Of a DNA stretch of 40,882 nucleotides, positions 18,645 to 27,260 are shown piece after piece; position 1 is the stretch's first letter, and every line of letters starts with the position of its first letter. The notes under the pieces were generated by a model that saw nothing but the letters and a program-made list of their open reading frames with translations, had not been told where the DNA came from and did no database searches. The stretch is from a virus: IMG/VR virus record IMGVR_UViG_3300033273_000025. One strand, 5' to 3'. A program made the position numbers and the translations under genes.

Positions 18645-18827
18645 ATGATTTCTGGAATCGGTTTCCCCATAAGCGAACTTATAATAGTTGGATTACTGGT
18701 CGCCATAATGCTTCGCCAAAAGTGAAGAAGGCGACTCACTGACACTGGTCAAGGACTACACGGCGTCTCTGATCAGTGTTTTTTGCGACACAGACATGTC
18801 GTTATTCTCGCTTAATCATAACTTTTG
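18645..18827 (+). CDS. Possible small membrane protein (60 aa by my reading), absent from the supplied ORF track.
   Basis: AGGAAGGTGA lies 4 nt upstream of the ATG. The N-terminus MISGIGFPISELIIVGLLVAIMLRQ looks like a TM helix. The 3' half runs through a terminator-like hairpin and into A+T-rich DNA. Confidence 0.3.
18741..18784 (+). terminator. Candidate terminator of the rightward late unit.
   Basis: ACACTGGTC (18741-18749) pairs with GATCAGTGT (18770-18778), one G.U included, with a 20-nt loop. It is followed by TTTTTT. Confidence 0.4.
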
Positions 18828-18983
18828 AAGAGATTTCATATAAAGAAAAACAATGAATAACAAAAAGTTCACCGTATGTTTTTCTTATGTTCCTAAAGGT
18901 AAGGAAAACAATACATTGATTTTTTGGTGCAAATCATTAAGTTGTCATGTTGACACTAAGGTTTCTACCAAAGTGTTACCGGG

Positions 18984-19027
18984 GGGCGGTTGAGCAGGTC
19001 TAGCTTACGCCGGACTACCAACCGCCC
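18984..19027. other. Long-range GC-rich hairpin in the convergent intergenic region.
   Basis: GGGCGGTTG ... CAACCGCCC is a perfect 9-bp stem with a 26-nt loop, flanked by A+T-rich DNA. Confidence 0.5.
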
Positions 19028-19156
19028 TTGCTTCACTCGAAAACGACATAATGTTCTAAAAGCGACGCTTTTAAAATAAGATGCGCCATTGTGATTGCAT
19101 GAGTTATCAGTTGTTGAGAGTCATTGGTCAAGCCTTAAAAGGTGTATTGGTGACTT

Positions 19157-19318
19157 TTATAACCAATTCAACTTACTTGCGTTGTGAATGATAATCATGA
19201 AACACGTGGCTACATGTAGTAACCACCAGAATGTCCGAATAACCGCGACTGCATCAGCCTCACGATCTGTACCAACCTTCTCGCCTAGGTGACGTGCCCA
19301 TACGGACCACATTTTCAT
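19157..19318 (-). CDS. Possible small hydrophobic protein (53 aa), the last gene of the leftward block.
   Basis: ATGA start/stop overlap with the upstream ORF. Sequence: MKMWSVWARHLGEKVGTDREADAVAVIRTFWWLLHVATCFMIIIHNASKLNWL. Confidence 0.4.
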   Translation of the reverse strand: MKMWSVWARHLGEKVGTDREADAVAVIRTFWWLLHVATCFMIIIHNASKLNWL

Positions 19319-19557
19319 GAGCATTGCTTTCGTATCTCCGTTTCAAACATGCCCTCTGGTGACTCTAGTGAGGCCAACAAGTCCAACAGTTGGTGGTACG
19401 ACATGATTAAGATTTCGTGTTGATTATTCTTTTCGTCGAACTGGCGTATATACACACGACCATCCTGTTCTAAGAACATATCGACGTCTTCATGTTTCGC
19501 AGTTTCATCTACAACAACCACCTTCGTGTAGTTGTCCTCATGTTCTACTGTAAACAT
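19315..19557 (-). CDS. Hypothetical protein.
   Basis: 80-aa ORF with an AAGGAC RBS. Confidence 0.6.
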   Translation of the reverse strand: MFTVEHEDNYTKVVVVDETAKHEDVDMFLEQDGRVYIRQFDEKNNQHEILIMSYHQLLDLLASLESPEGMFETEIRKQCS

Positions 19558-19593
19558 TTGTTAGTCCTTAGCATTAGTTTTGGTAGTGGAGGC

Positions 19594-19607
19594 GGCCCCG
19601 AAGGGCC
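19594..19607 (-). other. UUCG-tetraloop hairpin 5 nt after the reductase stop codon.
   Basis: The minus strand reads GGCCC-TTCG-GGGCC. No U-run follows. Confidence 0.5.
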
Positions 19608-19612
19608 AACCT

Positions 19613-21583
19613 TTAAGCACTAATATCTACGATTTCGCAGACGCCACCAGTACACGCGAGGGTTTGTGACGCCTTGGTCCCGTCCTCTTTCTCGTAGTCC
19701 GATAGTTTGGACCAGTCGATGCGTGTTGGCATTGCCGCTAATGCAGACTCGTACTCTTCTTTTGTGCAGTCTTGGTAAGGTGCCTGTGCATACGTGTGGT
19801 CAAACCGAGGTAAGAACGACACGCCTGACATCTCGTCAAAGTGCTTATAGACAAACGCACCCACTTCAGGCCATTCATCCTCACCCACAGAGACAGTCAC
19901 AGAGGGCTTGTGGCACGTATAGTGACGTTGGTACGCCAGCCACATCTCTAGTTGTTCTACGGCCCCCATATCGTTTCTAGTGATAGAACCGACTGCGGAC
20001 TGTGGGAAACTAAAGACTGTGGTGTTGTCTGGCTTCATGACACACGGTTCCGATGGAATACCTTGGTCAATCATGAACTGCGTTAGTGGGTCTTTGTTAT
20101 CACCACGGACAGTGCGAATGTAATACTCACTGTGACGTGCGTGAATCCCAGAGGCAGATGAACACAACTGTGAAACCGTGCCCGATGGTTTGACCGCTGT
20201 GACCGCAGCCGCCTTGTTGATACCTAGTTTCCGCGCCCATTGCTCATTTGTATCCACAGCAATTCTGCGGAATATCTGTAGACGGTTCTCTAGGTTATCT
20301 TTCTTACCATTGGTCAGTGCGTTGTCCATGATACCAGTCAGTGACACACCCAATAGTGCCTCTTCCTCTGTATTGCGTTTCCAGCAATCACGTAGGTAGG
20401 GGAAGTGGGTCATTGTCGCCTGAATGGTGCCTAGGATAGACGCCAGACGCACCTTGCGGCAGATAGCATCCATCGTGTCTGTGTCACGAATAACTGCCTC
20501 CGTTAAGTTACAGAATTGACCGCCTGTACCGACGATGGGCTTTAGTTCCCACTCGCCTGTTTCGACGTTCATGACCGGCTCAGTGCGGCTGCCGCGCAAT
20601 ACGATTTCACTGCAAGGATTCGTGCCGAACTCATAGTTAGTCGCACGGATACCCTCGCGCAGTGCTTTGTCTGTTGCTGCCTTGCGGTTGAAGATGCCAC
20701 GTTCACCTGAGCCACTGGCAGCCAAAGCGGTCCACTCACGCATGAATGTGACTGCATCTGGTTTACCATCGTAGGCCACAGAGTTGTTAGCCAACGCGTA
20801 GTGACCGTTGTCGATCCACCACTCGCCTGACTTAGCGTCACGCATGTCCTCGTCTGTGAGGTCACTTAGGCTGATCATGGCACTACGGCGAACACCGCCC
20901 ACAACCACAATCTGACCAATCATACACATGATGCTGTGGACTTCGATTGGTTTCAGTTTACGGCCTTGTGCTTTGATGAATGTGTCCACAGTAAACTTGA
21001 ACAAGTCTACCAGTGGTTCTGGTCCAGACGCACGACCACCAAAGGTCATCAGTCGGGCACCAGCGGGGCGAACACCTGACACGTCCCACTTCGGGATGGT
21101 GCCAGCGTATAGTTCTTCGATCAGTTGACGGTAGGCATCTGCCCAACCTTCCTTGCTGTCCTCGACACCAATAGTCACGTCACGGTGACTGATGATGCGT
21201 GGTACAGCAGGTAGGCTGTCAGTGTACTTGGATTCACATGAGAACCCTACGCCTGTTCCGTTTAGTAGGATGTAGAGGACTTCATCGAAGGTACGCACAT
21301 GGTCGATAGGCGTGAAGGAACAGTTGTACCCTGCGGTGTTGTCACGTTCCAAGGCTTTACCTGCGGTCATCATCGCCCTCATTGAAGGCATGACCTCTAG
21401 GCCCAATATCGCTTCCTCTAGTTCCTGTGCTGTCTCTGCATCGACCTTGGGTGCCACAACATTGTTGATGTAGCGACCCACAGTCTCGGACCACGTTTCC
21501 CTGCGGCCTTCTTCTTCAATCCATCTGGCGTAGCGTGATGTGTGAATGAACGCCTGATAGTCTGTTGGCAGATAGTTATTCAT
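19613..21583 (-). CDS. Ribonucleotide reductase, single-chain. Probably class II (B12-dependent), inferred from the missing beta subunit.
   Basis: Motifs TNPCSEIVL and GGQFCNLTE, with a Cys pair near the C-terminus. No small-subunit gene is present in the genome. The preferred start is ATG 21583 (MNNYLPTDYQ) after GAGGGAAAG. The ORF-track start 21607 lacks an RBS. Confidence 0.85.
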   Translation of the reverse strand: MNNYLPTDYQAFIHTSRYARWIEEEGRRETWSETVGRYINNVVAPKVDAETAQELEEAILGLEVMPSMRAMMTAGKALERDNTAGYNCSFTPIDHVRTFDEVLYILLNGTGVGFSCESKYTDSLPAVPRIISHRDVTIGVEDSKEGWADAYRQLIEELYAGTIPKWDVSGVRPAGARLMTFGGRASGPEPLVDLFKFTVDTFIKAQGRKLKPIEVHSIMCMIGQIVVVGGVRRSAMISLSDLTDEDMRDAKSGEWWIDNGHYALANNSVAYDGKPDAVTFMREWTALAASGSGERGIFNRKAATDKALREGIRATNYEFGTNPCSEIVLRGSRTEPVMNVETGEWELKPIVGTGGQFCNLTEAVIRDTDTMDAICRKVRLASILGTIQATMTHFPYLRDCWKRNTEEEALLGVSLTGIMDNALTNGKKDNLENRLQIFRRIAVDTNEQWARKLGINKAAAVTAVKPSGTVSQLCSSASGIHARHSEYYIRTVRGDNKDPLTQFMIDQGIPSEPCVMKPDNTTVFSFPQSAVGSITRNDMGAVEQLEMWLAYQRHYTCHKPSVTVSVGEDEWPEVGAFVYKHFDEMSGVSFLPRFDHTYAQAPYQDCTKEEYESALAAMPTRIDWSKLSDYEKEDGTKASQTLACTGGVCEIVDISA

Positions 21584-21824
21584 TAGGTTTCTTTCCCTCA
21601 AGTTCATTGATCCGAAACTCGCAGTATCGAATGACTTTTTTCAGATCGGTGATTTCAGAAAGTTCGAGTGACTTGTCGTCGTATCTCTTGGACCCAGCGC
21701 GGCTTGCGTATTTAATTATGTTTCCGCGCCAGAACTCGAACTTGTTAGCCATGATGAACACGATTGGTTCAATCGCCCATTGTGTGTAATGCTCAGGGCT
21801 TTCAATTAGGTCTTTCTCAGTCAA
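21576..21824 (-). CDS. DUF3310-like small protein.
   Basis: The pattern SPEHYTQWAIEPIVFI...FWRGNIIKYASRAG...DLKKVIRYCEF matches the family. TTG start after AAGGAG, overlapping the upstream stop. Confidence 0.6.
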   Translation of the reverse strand: MTEKDLIESPEHYTQWAIEPIVFIMANKFEFWRGNIIKYASRAGSKRYDDKSLELSEITDLKKVIRYCEFRINELEGKKPNE

Positions 21825-22248
21825 GGCCGGCCCACTCCTTCAACTTCTCATGTTGATGTGGGTTCATGGTGTACTGCTTGTACCCATTCTGCCCTTTCAT
21901 GAAGTGCTCAGTGATGATCTCGAAGTCTTGTAGACGTCTGAATTGATCACGAATGGTGGACCGTGGAATCCCTAGCTCAATCAAAGGCTGTCCTGAGAAG
22001 ACGCTGTGCGGCGGGTTCTGAGATAGCCATGTATTGATCTTCATACGGCTACCGCTTTGCTGTGTCCCCGCGTACACCTCTGGCGTTGATCGGTGGCGCA
22101 ACGGCTGTCTTTCGCCGTGCAGATAGTTACGATCTATTCGCCTTTCGTGCTCTTCCATTTCTTGACGGATGACGTCTTGAATTTCATCTGGATAACAAGG
22201 AAGTCGGAAGGCACTTTTAACTATGTTTTTCTGTTGATCTGGTGTCAT
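21817..22248 (-). CDS. Hypothetical protein with a C-terminal helix-turn-helix-like segment.
   Basis: The ATG at 22248 overlaps the exonuclease stop (ATGA). The segment LIELGIPRSTIRDQFRRLQDFEII looks HTH-like. The ORF-track start 22443 lies inside the exonuclease gene. Confidence 0.55.
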   Translation of the reverse strand: MTPDQQKNIVKSAFRLPCYPDEIQDVIRQEMEEHERRIDRNYLHGERQPLRHRSTPEVYAGTQQSGSRMKINTWLSQNPPHSVFSGQPLIELGIPRSTIRDQFRRLQDFEIITEHFMKGQNGYKQYTMNPHQHEKLKEWAGLD

Positions 22249-23000
22249 CTTGTAGGTTCCCAAAGTTTGACCGCTTGGCCCTCTTCGTCCCAGTCCTGGG
22301 CACGTAAGATTCTGGCTAATCGCGCTTGGGTCAGCGCGTAGTCTGCGGTTAGGTTTTCTTTTTGATATGCGGCGACCACAGCGTTCCATGTCGGGTGGCT
22401 GCCCAACACTTTCTCTGCGGTCTTTGGTCCTATCTTCGGACACCCTGAGTATCCGTCAGTGACGTCACCTGTGAGTGTCTGTGTGTAGAAGTATCGGTCT
22501 GCATCTGCCTCACTAATCGTGAGACGTTCTTCAGTTGCGGGTCGGTAGAGACGACAAGGGACAGACTTCATGTCCTTATCATCCGACACAACAATCGCTC
22601 TGGTCTGCGGAACAGACCCTAGGATTCCCATGACGTCATCTGCCTCTAGGCAGTCAACTTGGATGGTGTTGTACGTCTCCTTAACCCACTCAGTGAGTGC
22701 CTTGTAGCCCACAGGCTTCCGCGTCTTCTTTCGTCCCCACTTGTAGGTAGGTTCGACAGTTTTGCGGAAGTTGTTATTGCCAGATAGTGTGACAACAACC
22801 TCCTTGGCATCCAAGTCTTTCTCGAAGTCTTTGATCGTTGCATCGAAGTGTACCTTCGCTTGCTTCAGATCAGTAGATAGTGACCATATGTCGTCACCCC
22901 AATCCGTTTCCTCCTCACAAGAGGCGGCACAACGGTACAAGTACAAGTCACCGTCAATGACTAGGGTTGTGTGGGGGTAACAGTTCTTTAAGAACATCAT
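22245..23000 (-). CDS. 5'-3' exonuclease / flap endonuclease (T7 gp6-like).
   Basis: AAGGAGA RBS. Motifs LVIDGD, LEADDVMGIL, VSDDKDM and GDVTDGYSGCPKIGPKTAEKVL. The end ...ARILRAQDW...LWEP parallels T7 gp6. Confidence 0.9.
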   Translation of the reverse strand: MMFLKNCYPHTTLVIDGDLYLYRCAASCEEETDWGDDIWSLSTDLKQAKVHFDATIKDFEKDLDAKEVVVTLSGNNNFRKTVEPTYKWGRKKTRKPVGYKALTEWVKETYNTIQVDCLEADDVMGILGSVPQTRAIVVSDDKDMKSVPCRLYRPATEERLTISEADADRYFYTQTLTGDVTDGYSGCPKIGPKTAEKVLGSHPTWNAVVAAYQKENLTADYALTQARLARILRAQDWDEEGQAVKLWEPTR

Positions 23001-23331
23001 CTATTTCTCCTTTGACCTCCATTCCGACCTCCGTGATGCACCAACGGCTGCCCCATGAATCGACGTCTACTTTTGTTGTGATGAAGCCCTCAGACGCAGC
23101 GATAGCCACGTGCATTGCACCTTTACGTGCGAAGTCAGACTTTACGGTGAAGGGGGACCGCCACGCACGGTCAAGCACCACATAGAGTGCCACAAGGTTT
23201 TCGATGTACTCGTCAACCTCAGTGCGTGTCAGCCCAAGTTTTTCCCACGGAATATTCTGCGGCGATGGGGATTTTAATTCCGAGAGCAACGCCTGACGCT
23301 TCCGCCATTCGTCGAGAGATATTACCGACAT
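22954..23331 (-). CDS. Hypothetical protein with an uncertain start. As drawn, it overlaps the DNA polymerase 3' end by 113 nt and the exonuclease 5' end by 47 nt.
   Basis: ATG 23331 (MSVISLDEWRKRQALLSELK...) has AAGGAA 11 nt upstream. An alternative start ATG 23118 (MHVAIAASEG...) would avoid the polymerase overlap. Confidence 0.4.
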   Translation of the reverse strand: MSVISLDEWRKRQALLSELKSPSPQNIPWEKLGLTRTEVDEYIENLVALYVVLDRAWRSPFTVKSDFARKGAMHVAIAASEGFITTKVDVDSWGSRWCITEVGMEVKGEIDDVLKELLPPHNPSH

Positions 23332-24985
23332 TTTCAGCAATTTCCTTAGTTCTACAGGCAACCTGAATTTCATCGTGAACCCAGCCCACAATGTATGCAT
23401 CGTCGCCATGTTGTTTCTTGATTTCGTCGTAGGTCATCATGACCCACTGCTTACTCACGATGCTGCCGCATGACTGAAGCAACTGTGAGAGGCAGCGGTG
23501 TTCGGAACGTATCTTCAGTTTACGTCCGTCTATCGCCTTGATGAATCCACGCTTGAACGCGGTCTTGAGGTTCTTCTTCAAAGTCGCAAACGCTGGAACC
23601 GCCTTGTCGTAGTTCGCTTTGAGTTTACGACCTACCTCGGCACCACCACCTGCTATCTGACCAATGAGTGCATCACCCCCACCGTATAGCGTAGCGTAAA
23701 GCCATGTCTTCGCCTGACTTCTTGTTTCCAGACCCGCAGCCTTTTGGTTGTAGGTGTGGATGTCCCCTTCAAGTATCTGCTGTGCGTACTCACCACCATC
23801 ATAAGGATGAAGGTAAGAGGCCAAACAGCGAACCTCGATTCCTGAAAGGTCACTACCACATAGCCACCAACCATCAGGGACCGTGAACAACTCACGGCAC
23901 TCCCTGCCATACTCAGAACCAGTGCTAGGCACTTGCCCGAGGTTAGGATTCTGGTGTGCTGCGCGTGATGAAGTGGTGCCATTAGACACCAAACGGTGAC
24001 GTAGGCGACCATCATCATCGACCTTCTTCAACCAAGCACCTTTACCTTCGGCTAACATACCGATCCGCTTCTGTATCAAGAAGAACTCGGCTAGTTGTTT
24101 GGCCTCGGGGTAGGGCAGTGCGGCTAGTATCTTTTCGTCGATCTTAGCCTGACCACTTTCCGTAAAACTCTTTGGCTTCCACTTGTACTTATCGACTAAG
24201 CACTTGTGGATGTGTTGCCTTGAGTTGGGGTTGAAGTAGACAGTCTTTGACTTAACGAACACCTCACCCGCCACGTAACCTTTAGTCTTGTTGTCACGCT
24301 TAGGGATGAAGTCTTCATGCACTTCCCAAGGTGGGAATAGGTCTTTCAGACTGTCTTCAATGGTGTGGCGTTTCTGTGCAAGTAGCGCATATAGATCCGC
24401 TGCCTTGCGTTCATCGAAAGTCCAACCATTACTGCCGATCTCTTTACAGATGACCGCCATGCGATGCTCAAGCATTGTAGAGTGTTCCGAGGGTTCGGTA
24501 CTCATGAAGTGCTTGTAGAGGGTGTCGGTGACTTGGGTGTCTTGGATACAGTAGGATAACATCTCTTCGCTAAATGCTTCCCAACCACCATCATAGTCAT
24601 CCTTGAAGTCACCGAGGCGAAGTCCCCACGCTTTTAGGCTGTGGGAACCCCATAGACGCTTCGGAAAGTCTGCTTGTGAAAAACCTCTTTCTGCGTCTTC
24701 ATTGAACAACTCATGCTTGATCATCCTAGAAAGGACCAAGGTATCCGTCACCTTACCTGAAGGTACGAAGTCAGGATAAACGAGTTGTATTGCGGGGATG
24801 TCGAAGTCGATAATATTGTGGCCTATGATTTCTTCGGCCTCTGCAAGAAGGCGAACACCCTCTTCGATATTATCAGGACGGAAAGCCCTTACTTCGTCTG
24901 TGTCTGGACTGCGAAGGACTAGGCAGTGAATGCGGTCCATCTTGTCCAGTAGTCCGTTGGATTCTAGGTCGAAACCCCATCTCAA
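23219..24985 (-). CDS. Family-A DNA polymerase with a 3'-5' exonuclease domain (T7 gp5-like).
   Basis: Exo I FDLESNGLL. Motif A DLSGIEVR. Motif B RSQAKTWLYATLYGGG. Motif C VHDEIQ. C-terminus GKTWADTH. TTG start overlapping the MazG stop (TTGA). Confidence 0.95.
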   Translation of the reverse strand: MRWGFDLESNGLLDKMDRIHCLVLRSPDTDEVRAFRPDNIEEGVRLLAEAEEIIGHNIIDFDIPAIQLVYPDFVPSGKVTDTLVLSRMIKHELFNEDAERGFSQADFPKRLWGSHSLKAWGLRLGDFKDDYDGGWEAFSEEMLSYCIQDTQVTDTLYKHFMSTEPSEHSTMLEHRMAVICKEIGSNGWTFDERKAADLYALLAQKRHTIEDSLKDLFPPWEVHEDFIPKRDNKTKGYVAGEVFVKSKTVYFNPNSRQHIHKCLVDKYKWKPKSFTESGQAKIDEKILAALPYPEAKQLAEFFLIQKRIGMLAEGKGAWLKKVDDDGRLRHRLVSNGTTSSRAAHQNPNLGQVPSTGSEYGRECRELFTVPDGWWLCGSDLSGIEVRCLASYLHPYDGGEYAQQILEGDIHTYNQKAAGLETRSQAKTWLYATLYGGGDALIGQIAGGGAEVGRKLKANYDKAVPAFATLKKNLKTAFKRGFIKAIDGRKLKIRSEHRCLSQLLQSCGSIVSKQWVMMTYDEIKKQHGDDAYIVGWVHDEIQVACRTKEIAENVGNISRRMAEASGVALGIKIPIAAEYSVGKTWADTH

Positions 24986-25335
24986 CGATTGTCGCCAGAG
25001 CCACCAATGACCCCACGCTCTTTGCGCGAGTTTAGTTTCTCAATGTTCATGGCTGCGATTGAGTTTAGCGAGATGTCCAAGTCACGCGCGAGGGCTGCAA
25101 TGTACCAAAGCACATCACCAAGTTCCGCACCAATGTCCGCACGTTGCTTGTCGCTCAACAGGACTTTTCCATCGAAACGAATGTTGTCGTCGCGGATCAA
25201 CTTCTTGATCTTGCCACCGACTTCACCCGCTTCATTGGCTAGGCCAAGGGCAGGGTAGATCACCTTCCACTTATAGATTGCTGTGTGGGCTGTATCGGCC
25301 TGATAGTCGTTCATTGTGTACGAGTGATTAACCAT
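24982..25335 (-). CDS. mazG: MazG-like nucleoside triphosphate pyrophosphohydrolase.
   Basis: LGLANEAGEVGGKIKKLIRD ... ELGDVLWYIAALA ... NIEKLNSRKERG. Confidence 0.8.
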   Translation of the reverse strand: MVNHSYTMNDYQADTAHTAIYKWKVIYPALGLANEAGEVGGKIKKLIRDDNIRFDGKVLLSDKQRADIGAELGDVLWYIAALARDLDISLNSIAAMNIEKLNSRKERGVIGGSGDNR

Positions 25336-25624
25336 GTTTACGTGTCGCCTTTTTTAGATAATCTGTGTGCTGCCAAATTGACTGAGTGACGCCGTGTGGT
25401 CCTGTGCGTTGACCGATCTTGCTGATCAGTCCCATCTTGACCAACTTTTGAAACTTACTGGTCACGGTTCCATAGGCGTAATGCGGTAGTTCCCGACAAA
25501 GTTCCGCTGCAATAATCCCCGAACTACCCGCCGCGTGGATTGCGTCGAGTATCGCACTTTCTGCGTTAGTTAAGAGTTCTGGTGTCCATGTGATGTCTAT
25601 GAACTGCATCTGTGTCTGCTGCAT
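25328..25624 (-). CDS. Winged-helix DNA-binding protein (MarR-like fold suspected).
   Basis: 98 aa. AILDAIHAAGSSGIIAAELCRELPHYAYGTVTSKFQKLVKMGLISKIG. Confidence 0.55.
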   Translation of the reverse strand: MQQTQMQFIDITWTPELLTNAESAILDAIHAAGSSGIIAAELCRELPHYAYGTVTSKFQKLVKMGLISKIGQRTGPHGVTQSIWQHTDYLKKATRKHG

Positions 25625-25642
25625 GTTTTCGATAGTCTCCGA

Positions 25643-27244
25643 TTAGAAGGGCATGAAGTGATCTGCTGACATGAGACGCCCTTTGTCTCTGTCGTACTGA
25701 AGTTGACCCGCAGGTCCGACTTCGCCTGTTAAACGGTTCTTGAGAACCACAAGGTTCCGCAGTCCCGCTGTAGGGTCTTCTGCATCGACTTCTAGGCCGA
25801 TACAGGCGTCCGAGAGTTGCACCAAACCGTGGCTTCCTCGGAACTGGTTGAGCGAGACTTTTTCCCCGCCCTCATGTCCTCTTTCACCGCTTGGGCGGCG
25901 AAGGTGAGACACAAGAATGAGTGCTAGGTCTAACTCTGAACACAGGACACGTAGCCTGTGGACAATAGAGTCGATCAGTGTTCGCTCGTTGGTCGTATCT
26001 GCGGTCATGCCGCTGACCAAGATTGACACGTGATCTAAGAACACCACGTCACAATTCAGACCGTGCTTCATGTATCGAATACGGTTCTCAATCGTGTCCA
26101 TGTCGGTGCTGCCAAAGTGGTCGAAGAGGTAGATCGGTGTGTCTGACATTAGGTCGTCAAACCCCGCCTTGATCTCTTCGTCTGTGGCTGCCTCGTCGTC
26201 GATTGTAATGTTCCTTTCGATGTGAAGTCCGACAAGCCCTTGCGCTGTGCGCTTGGTGCTTTCCTCCAACATCATCATCCCGACTGTGAATCCGTCTTGG
26301 TGTATCTTGTAGGCGAACTCACGAATCAAAGTTGACTTACCCACACCAGAACCCGCCGCAATGGTCACAAGTCCTGTGCGGATGCCTCTGAGCATTTCAT
26401 TCAGTTTGGGGTAGGGGTACTTGATAGGACTTTCTGCGTCCTTCTGTGCCACCACGTCACGCATGTCTGCCATAGAGACAATACCGTCTGGTCGATACAG
26501 TTGTGCTTGGTGAATGGCTGTGATGATTGCACCCGCCTCACCCTTCAATAGACACTCATTGGCGTCCTTGTAGGGCAACACGGCAATCTTTGTTTTACCA
26601 AGAGGCAAGACTTCGGCACACGCTTTTGCGGCCTCAACCCCGGGGGTGTCTTGGTCAAACATTAGGATGATTTCGTCAAAGTTCGACAGATAGTCGATCT
26701 CTTTGAGGAGGTGTTTCTTGGCACTCTGCGCCCCATGCGGAACGCTCACTGTTGCAAATTTGTGGTTCTGTATCTGTGAGATGGTCATGGCGTCTATCTC
26801 GCCTTCTGCAACCACCAACTTCTTACCAGCGGACCACAAGTGCCACCCGAAGAGGCCCATTTCTCTAGCGTCACCTACGACTGAAAACTTCTTGTCTTTG
26901 GTGCGTACCTTCTGGGCTACGGCTTGGCCTTGTCGCGTCTTGTAGGTCGCCAGTTGCACAGGCTGTCCATTCACCTTGCCCACCATGTAACCAAACTTGC
27001 GACAGGTGGCCTCAGTCAACCCACGGTTCCGTAGTTCCATGTAGTCGCCTTCGATCAACTCGCGTTTGGTTTGTGTTTGGATGGTAGTCTCGAAACTGTC
27101 GTCACCTGAAGACTTGTAAGTCTCACAGGCGAAACACCACATACTACCGTCACTGTAGAGGGCATTTGCATCACTTGAGCCACAAGCCTCACACGGCTCA
27201 TGACTGACGAACTCTGCCTCTATCTCGTCAATCTGTTTGTTCAT
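25643..27244 (-). CDS. Bifunctional primase-helicase (T7 gp4-like).
   Basis: Zn finger CEACGSSD...CFAC, a TOPRIM region, and Walker A GSGVGKST in a DnaB-like domain. ATG 27244 (MNKQIDEIE) is preferred over the GTG at 27262, which abuts the terminator. Confidence 0.9.
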   Translation of the reverse strand: MNKQIDEIEAEFVSHEPCEACGSSDANALYSDGSMWCFACETYKSSGDDSFETTIQTQTKRELIEGDYMELRNRGLTEATCRKFGYMVGKVNGQPVQLATYKTRQGQAVAQKVRTKDKKFSVVGDAREMGLFGWHLWSAGKKLVVAEGEIDAMTISQIQNHKFATVSVPHGAQSAKKHLLKEIDYLSNFDEIILMFDQDTPGVEAAKACAEVLPLGKTKIAVLPYKDANECLLKGEAGAIITAIHQAQLYRPDGIVSMADMRDVVAQKDAESPIKYPYPKLNEMLRGIRTGLVTIAAGSGVGKSTLIREFAYKIHQDGFTVGMMMLEESTKRTAQGLVGLHIERNITIDDEAATDEEIKAGFDDLMSDTPIYLFDHFGSTDMDTIENRIRYMKHGLNCDVVFLDHVSILVSGMTADTTNERTLIDSIVHRLRVLCSELDLALILVSHLRRPSGERGHEGGEKVSLNQFRGSHGLVQLSDACIGLEVDAEDPTAGLRNLVVLKNRLTGEVGPAGQLQYDRDKGRLMSADHFMPF

Positions 27245-27260
27245 CTTCTGCTGTCCTTGC

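Noticed and set aside
18853-18993. A 46-aa ATG ORF (MNNKKFTVCFSYVPKGKENNTLIFWCKSLSCHVDTKVSTKVLPGGR) in the A+T-rich island.
   Set aside because: It has no SD motif, its codon usage is atypical, and its stop lies in the hairpin arm. It cannot be distinguished from chance in A+T-rich DNA, so it is kept only as a note within the region finding.
18984-19027. The GC hairpin region as a tRNA or tRNA-like gene.
   Set aside because: Trial folding gives a possible D-like arm, but no anticodon stem, T arm or acceptor pairing.
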